Source: Amoebophrya sp. A120
Taxonomy: Eukaryota > Protista > Dinoflagellata
Direction of reading: 5' to 3'
Assembly: GCA_905178155.1 (NCBI GenBank)
Contig: CAJINV010000001.1
Span: 4,565,452-4,629,451 of the forward strand
DNA: 64,000 nt
The position numbers were made by a program, and so were the translations under genes. Numbering within the stretch: position 1 is the stretch's first letter; the number at the start of each line of letters is the position of its first letter. This document shows positions 38,401-49,703 of the stretch, one piece after another. The notes beneath the pieces were generated by a model. The model did no database searches. It was not told the DNA's origin and saw only the letters and a program-made list of their open reading frames with translations.

Positions 38401-41400
38401 TCAGGGTGCGGATCAAAAACTGGTTGCGCTCCGTGTCCGCGGTGGGGACCACGATGGTGTGGTACTGCGTGCCCTTGGGGATGTCCAGCGGCGCGATGCG
38501 CTCCGTCCACAGCTTCCACTTGCCGCCGTCCTCAGCGTCCACGTAGTAGTCGTGCAGCGTGCCCTTGCGCGGGGGTACGGGGATGGCGGCGCCGGACTGG
38601 AGGTCGTAGAACTCGGGCAGCACGATGAAGTTGTTCTTCTTGAAGTACTCGCTCTTCTTCTCGATGGCCGCCTTGATGGCGCCGTCCGCGACCGCGCGCC
38701 CGTCGTTGTTGGACACCGCGCCCACGGTCCACACGCACGTGAAGTAGAACAGCTGCGCGATGATCAGCTCGCGGTCCACCGCGGACTGCGGCTGCGGCGC
38801 GTTCTTGTCCTCCTCGTTCGGCTCCCCATCGGGCCGGCAGTACTGCATCACCTGTCAGATAGAAAGCAAAGTTCGGCGCTCGCTATGAATTCCGGCGATG
38901 CGGTAATTAATCGCTGCGCCTTCCGTTTTGCGAAGTAAAAAGCGCGACGCGCGCACTTCGGCCTTCCCCTTGGGAAGCCCGCCACGACGCCGGTCGGGTT
39001 CCTGTGCGGCGGCGGTCGTGCGCAAACCCAAAAAATTTTTGCGCGCCATACCGACGCGCCTGATGTCACCCCGCCGGACACGGCGGGCGCCTGCTTTTTG
39101 CTCGTTTTCGTTTGTGCTTTTTTTATGTTTTTTTTTTTGCATTTTTTCGGAAGGTACTTTCGCACCTCAAAAACAGAGAGGATCTGCTTGACCAGGCGGA
39201 AGCCTCCTGGCCAAAAATGGCAAAACGTTACACCCCTAGAACCGGTGACAAGCTGATCAAGTCTTCAGCGTCCCGCCGTGTTTGGCGGCGTGACAAATTT
39301 CGGATTGGGCACAAGGCGCATTCAAAATGGGCGATTTTTTTCATTTTTTCATTTTTTTTTTCTTGCAAAAGACGATGGCAGTCGCAGTGCGGACCCACGG
39401 AGGGTCCGAGTTCGCTACTTTTTCGCAAGCGCACCGGGGGGACTAGGGACAGAAAAAAACTTTCATTTTTCGGATACCAATGCGTCCTTGGGCGCAAAAG
39501 TCGATATTTTCGCCCCTTCCCCCGTCGGAGCGCTGCTGGTTTGGCACACTTTTTGGCCGGCCACGCGGCCGACTTCGGGTCCAGCTTAGCAAGCCCTTCC
39601 CCCGGTGGTACTGCCCCACTTTGGGGGGAACCCCTTTGTTCCTTCTAGATCCCCCGTAAGGTAATCCGCCGTCGAACGCAACGATTAATTTACCCATTAT
39701 TTGGTCAAGGCGAAATGACCACTCTACGTACTACTGACCAAAAATGCCAAAGAAAAGTGCCAACGTTACTGTACCTGATCCGAGATCAGCGATTCCATAA
39801 GTCGGCAGGCGGACAGGGCGAGCCAGTTGTCGGAGCACGCGACTGGGGTGGGCACAATGTGCGAGGTTTCCAGGAAGACCTCGAACATGCCAGTGAACAT
39901 ATCCATAATCTGTTTCTCGTGGTCCTTGCGGATGTATTCCGGAAGCGTGGCCAACCAACTCTGCACGATCGGCTGCCAGCCCAGATCGGTGTCCGGTTCC
40001 AGGTACACGATACCGACGCGGGACACAGTTGCGGGAGATGCGTACTCCAGGTCGCGCACCTCGAACAACATCGTGGTGACCGGGGACAGCTTGATGATCT
40101 CACCTGTTTTGATTAAAATGTGGCAAGTTTGATGACATCAGGCTGCGCGGGCGTCGAACTAATACTGCGTGAAAAGCAAAAGCTACGTGTTGCAAAACCA
40201 AAAGACTTTTCGCAGACAAGGAAATTATAAATGTTCGCACATACAAAAGCTATGGACTCGTCAAGTGGAACGAACGCCCAAGTTAACTACTTTTGAAAAA
40301 AATCATACCAGAGTTCAAGCAGAGCTTCTTGTTATCATCCAGCACGGTGTTCATGTTCTCGATCCAGATCGCATCGACCGGACCGTCGAGCACGACCCAC
40401 TGGCGTCGCATCTTGCCGTCGGCGCCGACGGGCTGCGAACCGTTACGCACGGCAATGGCGAGCACACCGTCGGTCCACTCCTGCGTGTTCAGATCCGCCT
40501 CTCCGTAGAGCTGACCCTGCGTAATGGATTTCGGGTTCATCACGTACTGCACGACGGGCATGAACAATTCGTTTTGCCCGGAGACGCGCTCCAACGTCGT
40601 CGCCAGCACGTCCTTGATCGAGGTCTTCCCGCAGGGCGGGAACCCGACGGTCATCAGACCGTGGCGCACCACGATGGTTTCCCACAGCTGCACGGCCTTG
40701 TTGGTGAATTCACGGGTGGGCTGCAAACCGAACTGGGTGGTGACCTGCTCCAGGTTGGTGACCAGGTTGCCGTAGTCGGCCGGCGGGAGTCGCACCCCGG
40801 GGAACAAATCGCCGATGATACCCTTAAAGAGCGGGATGTCCGCGGACGTGAACTTCGGTAGATTGACGTCGGTAAAGGAACGCAGCGCGATCACGTCCTC
40901 CGGGTACTTGTCGCCGTACGTTCGCTTCCCGTTACCACCCGCGACCAGCAGCGCATTCAGACCACGCATCCCGAAATCGTAGTGCTTCGCCGGGGACAGC
41001 TGTTCGGAGGACAGCTTCAGCGCCATGGTGGCCTTCATACCGATGCGCTTGGCGTCTTCGTACCCGTAGGAGTAGAGACGAATCTCACCGATTAACGCGT
41101 AGTTTGGCACCATCATCGCGCAGGGGCGGAACAAAGCCTTCAGGTTATCGGGCAACTCGGAACGCCCAGCGTAACCGGGGTTCATCGTGATGTTCACGGC
41201 GCACGTCGGCACCAGGCGGATCTCCGTTTCCTCGAAAACGAACGTGGTGACGCGCTGCTTGATCGCCAGCGAAATCTGCTGAATCTGCTGCGCGACCACC
41301 GACAACACCTCCAGGGAGATACGGTTAAACTCATCGAAGCAGCACCAGGCACCGGAGGAGGCCAGACCCTTGAAGAACTTCGCCAGCTGCAGGTAGTCCA

Positions 41401-44400
41401 TACTGTCGGAGCAGTTGAACACCACGCACTGCACGGCCAGGGCCTTCGCCAAATCTTTCGTCGATTCCGTCTTCCCCGTTCCGGCCGGGCCCTCCGGGGC
41501 GCCACCGTAGTACAGCGCGAACGCACCCATCAAGGTACGGTAGCAGCGATCGGTCAGTGGCGTGACCACGAGACGCGCGGTGTTCCCCAGGTACTCGAAC
41601 CCGTACAGCAGCGTCGAATTCACGATGGAACAGCAGCACTCGTTCCTGCTGTTCTTTTCCCCGGACAAGAGCGTGTGTTCCCCCACCGGCTTCCAGTAGT
41701 ACCGGAGCTGCGACAACCATTGGAAGTCCTCCTTGCTGTCGACACCGTTCTCCCTGAGCTCGGTGATCACATCACGCGCGTGCACATCCAGCGTGACCAG
41801 CGCACCGACAGTGACGCGCGCGAGCTTGGACATCTCGCCACGCACCAGCTCGACGATGTTGCTGATCTGCTGGAAGAGCTTCTTTTCGTAGTCTGCAATC
41901 TTCTTCTTGTCCAGGTACTCCTCCGCGCCGATCGTCCAGTAGTAGCACGAAGTGCAGATCGCCACCTGGCCCGGCCACAGGAGACACCACTGGTGGCGCT
42001 CGATCTGCGCGTAGTTGTCGTTGCACTCCGCGATGACCAGGCGCAAGGTGTCCATCATGGACTCCTCCAGCTCCACCAACCAGCGCTCGACGGCGCCGCG
42101 GTTGCCCGGCTTGTTGGTGTCGATCTGCCGCTTCAGCTCGATCTCCTCGCCCTCCGCGGAAATCATGCTCTCGATCACCGTCTTGCCACCGTCGAATCGC
42201 ACCTTGGCCACGCCCTCGAAGGCCTTCCCCAAGTGCGGCTGCACCGCGGTGGGATCCTTGGTCTCGGCCAGGATGGACAGCAGATCTGCGTCGTTCAAGA
42301 AGAAGAACCGCGGGAAGTACAGCCGCTTGGTCTCCAGGTAGTCCTTCAGACCCTTCTGGACCTTTTCGATGGTCTCGTTCCCGTCCTTCAAATCCTCGAT
42401 CAAGCCGGGGATGCGACCCACGCGCAAAGCGAGCTTGTCCTCGTCGACCTCCAGCATCCGGGCCCGGAACATTTTGTCCACGATCTCGAACTGTTCGCTC
42501 TCGTGCGGCAGCTGGCGCTTGATATCTTCGGAGACAAAGATCGGCTCCAGCGCCATCCACGAGCGCTGCAGCAGGATGGTTTCGTCCACGAAGTCCTGAA
42601 TCCGCAGCAGCAACGCCTCCCACTCGTGCACCTCGGCCTCGAACGGCTTGCAGAAGGGCGAGGACCGGATCGCCTGCGTCTTCACGATGAAGTCGTCCAG
42701 GTAGGCCTGGATCTCGTCGATCCCGCCGAGCAGCGGCACGCCCGTGTTCTTGTAGGCCTTCAAAGACAAGCTGATCGGCTCCCACTCGACCTTCATGTTG
42801 GCCAGCGCCCGCTTCAATGAGTACTCCTTCGTGGCCGCCATGGCAATCTCCTCGTAGTCCTCCGGGAAGTCAAGCACGCCAATGTCGATCATCTCCTGCA
42901 TGGTGATCATCTTGATGTCCTCCGTCGCCGGCTTTTTGCCGCCCATGCGCTCCGCGAGCGTGTCCCAGTGTCGCTGCAGGATCGCTTCGGACGAGAAGGC
43001 GCGGAGAAAGGGGAACTTGACCTTGAACGCGTCAATGGCGTCGCGCAGCGCGCGCGCGGTGTTGCGCACGTTCTTCATGCTGTCGGAGGAGAACTGCTTC
43101 ATCATCTTCACGCAGTCCTTGAACCACTGGTCCAGCTGCTCCTCCACCTTGGGCGCGTCGATGGTTGACAGCGGCTTTTCGTGCCACAGCTTCTGCAGCT
43201 TCTGGAAGTTGATCACGGCGTCCCACAGCGTGTAGTAGGGCTTGTAGTCATCGATCATGCCGTCCAGTTCGTAGTAGTCGCTCCGGGTCAAACCCAACAG
43301 CGCCTCGCGGCTGTTGTAGCTCTGGGTGCGCTCCACGCCCTTGTCCAGGGAGGACCGGAGCAGGTAGATGTCCGGCTCGTACTCCTGCCACAGGCTGTAG
43401 TCCTTGAACTGCTTCCGGATTTTGTCCAGCAACTTCTGCCAGAACAGCATGTCGTGGTTGAATTCGGCCTGCTCCTTTTCCAGCGTGGTAATCTCGGAAA
43501 TGTCGCGGTTCAACCGGAAGTGCCACAGCCGCACGCTGTTGTCCTCCGAGCACGTCGCGAGGCACTGGCCCAGCGGCGCCCAAGCACCGTTGTGCACGGC
43601 GGCAATGTGGCCTGTGATGTCACAGATCGCGGAAGCGTTTTTTGCTTCAATGCAGAAAAATATTAGTTTACCCAACGCGAAAAGCAAAATTCCCCGAAAG
43701 AACAAGAAAACGCAAAAAACACAATTGATCATCATAGCATACAATAAAGATGACAACTTAACAAACTACAACCAAGAAGAGGCATAATTGTACCTGGCAA
43801 CGGAGCGGTTCGTGGGTTTCCGCTCACCGCGGAGAAGATTTGCATGTTCATGTCCTCGTTGGAGCAGACAATGGAGGCGCAGTCGGGCGACCACTGAACA
43901 AACCCGGTCAAGTTTTGAATGGGGTCCATGTTGCGGCTCGGGTGCAGAGCGGACTTGTCTTCGTTCCACATATCCCAGATGATCACCGTCGCATCGGCAG
44001 ACGCCGTGGCCATCAACCGCGGGTTCATCGGACTCCAGGCAACGCAGGTAATGGAAGCGTCGTGCGCCTGGAACGTGATGGGGTCACCCGGTTCCTCTTC
44101 GGGTTCGGGCGGGCCCTCCTCGCCCCAGCCCTCCTCCGGCTCTGGCGGCAGCGGGAGCTTCTTGTTGGGCCCCCGCACGAAGTCGGACTCGTTGGCGTCG
44201 CTGTAGTAGAAGCGTCCGTTCTGCCCACCGGAAACCACCGCACCGCCATCGCAAGCGATACTGAGCGACAACTGCGGAACCTTGGACTTCTTCTCCATGC
44301 AGATCAGGTCCCCGGGCTGCTCCGTGGTCTCCTCGCCGATCAGCGTGTTCCACATCCGCACCGTACCGTCCTGCCCGCACGAGAACAGGTTGGGCTTGGT

Positions 44401-47400
44401 GCCGAACGCGGCGCAGGGCACGATCTCCTTGCTAGCCTCGCGCTCCTCGCCGTCCTCCTCTCCCTCCTCGGGTGGGGGCGCTTCGGCTTCCGACGCCTTG
44501 GACGACTTCCTCGGCTCCTTCCGGGGCTTGCTTTGGTCCTCGCCGCGGCCCGGGTGAAACTTCAAGCCGGTGACGGCACCGTTGTGACCGGCCATCGTCT
44601 TGAGGGCCCCCGCATCCGCGGTTTCGGCGGAACTTGCATCGACCAGCAGGATGCTGCCGTTCTCCAATCCGACCGCGACGGTGCAGAGGTTGAGTTGCGA
44701 CATTCCGTCGGACAGCAGCGAGTCCGTCGTGGGCGGGAAGGCGAGGCTGGTGACCGGCGATCCGCAGTCCACGGTGGCAACGTGGGCGCCGTTGATGTAG
44801 CTCCACACATTGACCTTACCGTCCACGCCGCCGCTGACCATGACACCGTCGTGCTGCGAGAACGCCACACAGCTGACGCCCTGGGTGTGTCGGTCCAGCG
44901 GGTCGTTTTTCGGCACGCACACCGTCGCCGGCGCGTAGTAGGACACCACCGTGGGGTCCAGCAGCACGATTTCCGGAATGCGCTCCGGCGGCTTCACCGG
45001 CTCGGGGGGCGGCTGCGGCGGCTCCTCGCCCTCCTCCGCTTCCGGGGGGTCGTCGAAGAACTGCTGGCGCGCCTTCAGCTGCTTGTCGTACTCTTCGAGC
45101 GCGGCTTTCTCGGCGTCCTCCTCGGCCTTGGTCTGCTTCGGCAGCGTTTCCGGACCGGCGTACTTCACCTTCAGGCCGTGCATCTCGTTGGGTCGCGAGT
45201 AGTACTCCACGCGGAGCAGGTGCTGCCCCTTGGTCAACTCCACCTCCGCGGTGGTTTGGTCCAGGTCGATCAGCAAGTTGTCGTTCACGAACATGCGGGC
45301 GCGCTTGTTGGCCTCGCAGAAGAACTTGTACAGCGCCCGCTTCTTGCCGCCGCACGCGACAGTCAAGTACCCCGTGTAGCGGGCGCAGAACCCGGGCGCG
45401 CCGTAGCGGTCGGGCAACCGCGTCCAGGGGTCGGTGTCCATGTCGAAGTCGAGCATCTTCTCGATACGCTGGATATCCGGGGTGCCGTTCGGCATGGTCA
45501 TCTCCGTCGACATGTCCACCGGGAAGTACTCCGCCATGAAACCGGGCTTCTCCAAAATGTTGGTCGACTGCAGGTCGTGCTGCAGCACGCCGGCCGGAAC
45601 GGACACCATGCTCTCGTGCGTGTCCGGTCCCTGGTACTTCAGGACCACTTTCTTGTCCATGTCGCTCTTGGCGCAGTAGTCCAAGCGGATCGTGTGCGTG
45701 CCCGCGACAAAGTAGTACCGCTTTCCCGCGACGATGTTCCGAGCGCCGATGCGGAGCGACGCGTAAGCCTCGGCGCTCAGGTCGAAGGTGTAATCCCCCA
45801 TCTTCGCGATGGACAGCGTCCCGGAATAGCGGGTCGCGAAGTTGCCGGCGAACTCCATGCTCAGCCCCGTCCAGGGCTGGCCGTTTCCGGGCGCGCGGTT
45901 GATCTCCTGTTCCAGTCGCGTCAAATCCGGCTTGCGACCAAGCAGCGGTGGGATGCTGAGCGCGCCGTTGTTGAGCGCGCCGTTCATGTCCTCGTAGTTA
46001 AAGTACTGCGCGACCAGGCAGGCGCGCAGCTCGTCCGCCAGCACGGCGCGGTGCGGAGAGGCCGTAGCGCGCATGGTGGTCACGGAGATGCGTTCCATCT
46101 CGATCATCAGCGTTCCCAACTGCAGCTTGATCGCGGCCTTGCCGTCGTCGCGCTCCGCGACGGACCACGTTCCGACCTGCCCGGACTCGGTCAGCGAAAC
46201 CATGCCGTCCGCCTTGATCAGCAGCGAGTCCTCGGTCAACCGGCCGCCGGGCTTCCACAGCCAGTGCCCGCAGAACTCCAGCACCTTATCCGAGGGGTCC
46301 TTGGGTCGCACCAGCTGAGCGTGGATGCGACGGCCCATCCCTCCGTGTGCAAACTTCACGTCGTAGGTACCGTTGGAGTACGCCTCCACCACGCTGCCGC
46401 TCACGTACCGGCCCTGGCCTTCGTAGTTCACCATCAAATCATCGCCGACCGCCAGGCGGCGGAACTCGAACCTGGTCTCCCAGAATGTTGGCTCCTCCTC
46501 GTTGCGCTTCTGACTCTGCAGCACCAGCTGGAAGCCGTGCACCTTGTTCACCTTGTCCTTTGCCTTGCTGCTCTGCGCGGCGATGTTCGTGATCGCGCGG
46601 CAGGCCTCACCCTGCAGCAGCGGAAAATCGGTGTGCTGGTTGATGCACTGCACGATCGTGTCTACCGTGCCCAAGTCGCACATGCGGTCGACCTGTTGAT
46701 GCGCGGAAGATAATGTTTTGACGAAAAAAAATTGAGAAACTTTCTCAAATTCAATGCAGAAAAGACATGAAATTCTTTTGAATTTCCAGACAACTAACTG
46801 TAACTTACTTTCTACTTCTCATGCATTTTGTTTTGAATTTGATTCTGCTTTTACTTATGAGCGAAAAAAAAAAGACGGCAGCAATACCACTTCCCCGGCG
46901 TGCGGGCCGCAGCACTGCGCTAAGTTTGCGATGGCGCGAATTCCGGTCTCCGCGATTGCGGGCAGGGACGTGTAGTTCATCAGTTTGTCTTGCAGAATGA
47001 CGAGTCCGCCGTCCTTGTAGAAGTCGTAGCCGAAAAAGCCGGCGTTGACGCTGCTGGGCGAGGTGACGTTAGCAACCGCCTGAAAGGCCGACAGCACAGT
47101 CTCGTCCTCGTCTGCGCGCTGGAAAAGGTGGAGCACGAGCGGGTTTTCATTCCGTCGGAAGGTCTTGGCCTTGTTGGCGATGGGCTTCCAGTCCGGGAAG
47201 TGCATCTGCTCCAGCATGCTGGTCACGCAGCTGGCGTCGTTGTCGGGCGAGTAGCAGAAGACGGGCAGCCGGCGCATAATGGTCTGCAGCTCCTGCGGCG
47301 CCTTCTTCACCTCCACCTCAAACATGGGGCACTTCTCCACGTGGCACATCATCAGCACCTGCGCCCCGCCCTCCAGCCCGCACATAATCTCCTCCTTCAC

Positions 47401-49703
47401 CACGTCCTTCATCAGGACATCCTGCCGGAGCAAGACCAGCATGTTCAGCGCGTTCAGCGGCGCCGTGTTCTTCTTGGGTTCCTCCGGCGCCTTCTTGTCG
47501 TCCTTCTTCTTCTTGTCGTCGCCCTTGTCGTCCTCTTTTTTGTCAAAGTCCGTCCCGAGCACCAGCCGGATGTTCGGCGTGAACTTGCGGATGGAATTGG
47601 CCAGTTGGAACGCGAACTCGCGCGAAAATTTGCTGCGGTCGTGCGTGACGTACAGGTCGTAGGTTTTCTGGAACCGCTTGCCCTTCTTCATCGTTTTCAC
47701 CTTGTCGCTGACGTACTTGTAGTGGATGCCCACGTCGCGGGACTCGCCCTCGAAGATGCCCATCGACTTCGCGATGAAGGCGTGGTAGTTGAAGAAGGTG
47801 GTGTAACTGATCTCGCTCTCCAGCGTGAGACCCGGGTACAACATCATACTGTACACGCGGCGGGAAATCATCTCGCTGTACTGGCCGCCGAGGGTCTCCG
47901 TCATCAGCCGGTCGATCTCCGCGAACTGCCCCCACGTGATGCGGCCCTTGCCCTGCGTGTCGTACAAGGCAAACAGGTTTTTGATGCAGGTCTCCACGTC
48001 GCCGGGGATCTTCTTGTTCTTCATTTCGTACAAACTGGTCTTGTACACGGCCAGCCGACCGTCGAACGCCAGCTCCATGGCCTGCGAGTTCTTATAGTTC
48101 AGCTTGAAGCTGGCCACGCCCGCGGCGCGGGTCCGCGGCGTCTTGTTATCGTCCGTCTTCACGAAGGCCGGGTCGGCAACTAAAGAGCGCAGCGTCGCGT
48201 CCGCGGTGCCCTCCAGGTACACAAACCGCATGGCCCGGTTCAAACAGGACTGCAGGACCGGGTCCTGGCACTTCTCGATCTCCGCGTCGATGTCCGGACA
48301 CTGGGACAGGTGCTGGATGATGCACACCTGCAGCTTATCCTAATGAAAAACGTCCCCACCCCAGAGTCAAGATGGGGATTTTGCAACACAAACCTTGAAG
48401 TTTTGGGAGGCACGCATGACAAATTGCTAGCTGTATTGTAGCGCAGTTTAGAAAGGGAAGTCGCACTACAAATCCATCGGCTTATCCCGTTTACAGCATT
48501 ACAAGTTCCAAAACACGATCGGAAATGCCTATCATGGGGATGCGCATTACAAATGCTCTTGCGCTTGCAGATCTGCATGACAACTCTGGGGTGGGGATGC
48601 TTTTACACAGGATACAGCTCGGATTCCAGCGCGGCCTTCACCTCCTCGACCACCGCGCTGCCCTTCCCGTTCTCGTCGGTGGCGATATCACAGTGAAAAA
48701 TGCCCCCCACCCCTGAAATTGCAAGAGTTTATGATGCGAAGTTTCCAAATGAAAGCTTTTTGTCATGCATGAAAGGAGTACGGGCGGTTTGCATGACAAG
48801 CACCGCTCTTGCTGGGATCTTTTGCAATACAGATTTTTGCTATTCGCGATCGGAAATCTGTGATAGATGCTGATACACGCAAGAGGGCGAATGTTTCACT
48901 TGGAAAGATTTGCAATACAAATGCTTTCAAGTTCGGGGGTGGGGGCATTTTTCATTGTAATAGGCGAAGCAATTCCTCGTGGCGAAGACGACCAGGTTGA
49001 AGGAGTCGCGGATGTTCGCGGTGCGCTGCTGCACGTTGGTGACCGCCTTGTCGCCCTGGTTGCGCGCGACCTGCAGCGCCGGCGCGTACCGGCTCATGAT
49101 GTCGTACACCTTATTCAGCACGTCCTCGGCCACCGGGGGGTCCTCCACCGCGCAGGTGAGGCAGAAGTCGTACCTCCTGTGCACCGCGGCGTTCAGCCGG
49201 CCCTTGGCGACGCGGGAGGAAAACAAGAGCACGTCCGCCCGGGTCTCCTCGAGCCGGAGGACGGCCTGCTTCTGGAGCTCCTTCTTGCTGTCCGCGGACT
49301 TGAACTCCAGCAGCGTGATCATGTGGTCCTGGCACTGGTCCGCGAGGTCAAAGGTGTAGATGCAGGTCTGCGCCTTGCGGATGTACCGCAGGTAGTCGTC
49401 GTTCTCGCACTGCATAATTTCGTCCTCCACGTTGGTCTTGCCCGCGATGTGGTGGATCAGCAGGCAGGGCTTCTTGGCCGCCACCATCAGCTCCAGCGCG
49501 TCCGTGACGAACTCCGACTTGAACACGTCTTTGGTGATGATGATCCCCATGTTGGCGCCGTTCACCGTGAACGAGGTGCGCTCGGTCGGCTTCGGCTCCT
49601 GCACCGAAAACCCGATCCATTTTTTCGCGTGGTCGTACAGGTTCAGCGCGAACTGCCCCGCCTCGGGGGTGTCTTTATCGTAGACGAGGACTAAATCGTC
49701 CAT
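29480..49703 (-). CDS. Axonemal (single-headed inner-arm-like) dynein heavy chain with a long atypical multidomain N-terminus
   Basis: AAA1 GPAGTGKT/CFDEFNR, AAA2 GFPPCGKT, AAA3 GPTGTAKT, AAA4 GVGGSGRKS, stalk and MTBD, WPLMIDPQNQA, WVLLQNCHL, C-terminal RRGVLSTSGHSSNF. The last WD40 repeat and the dynein tail/linker lie in one ORF (43611-40309). Upstream exons join in phase through GT-AG introns (43612-43793, 46693-about 46890) and introners. Confidence 0.92.
29636..29887. mobile_element. Introner-like element, family A
   Basis: DR ttgta; joins NPVY|KCSDRRG in the conserved dynein C-terminus. Confidence 0.95.
30884..31147. mobile_element. Introner-like element, family A
   Basis: DR gctcg; joins ETPE|QRYC. 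Confidence 0.94.
37649..37954. mobile_element. Introner-like element, family G
   Basis: DR gaaca; joins RYSRMF|NLVF in dynein AAA3. Confidence 0.95.
38902..39694. mobile_element. Putative TIR element inside the long canonical dynein intron 38852-39774
   Basis: ggtaattaatcgctgcg at the left vs cgcaacgattaatttacc at the right; interior of GC blocks and A/T tracts; this intron is several times longer than its neighbours. Confidence 0.5.
48336..48614. mobile_element. Introner-like element, family I
   Basis: DR cagct; TIR tatcctaatgaaaaacgtccccaccccagagt / tatcctgtgtaaaagcatccccaccccagagt; joins ESEL|QVCI. Confidence 0.93.
48686..48962. mobile_element. Introner-like element, family G (internal ~30-bp deletion)
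   Basis: DR ggcga; close copy of the 17427 and 37649 elements; joins NCFA|TDEN. Confidence 0.95.

Noticed and set aside
43840-46713. 957-aa plus-strand ORF and similar long antisense ORFs opposite the dynein and lectin exons
   Set aside because: Shadow ORFs caused by high GC3 codon bias; the minus strand carries the recognisable domains
48689-48695. CACAGTG (RAG/Transib heptamer) in a family G end, with 5-bp duplications as in Transib
   Set aside because: It is not terminal (the element starts TAT), is present in only one copy, and lies in the variable spacer; treated as coincidence
5109-49703. Interpreting the interrupted genes as pseudogenes
   Set aside because: Exons stay open and conserved, and every interruption examined is frame-restoring on precise removal
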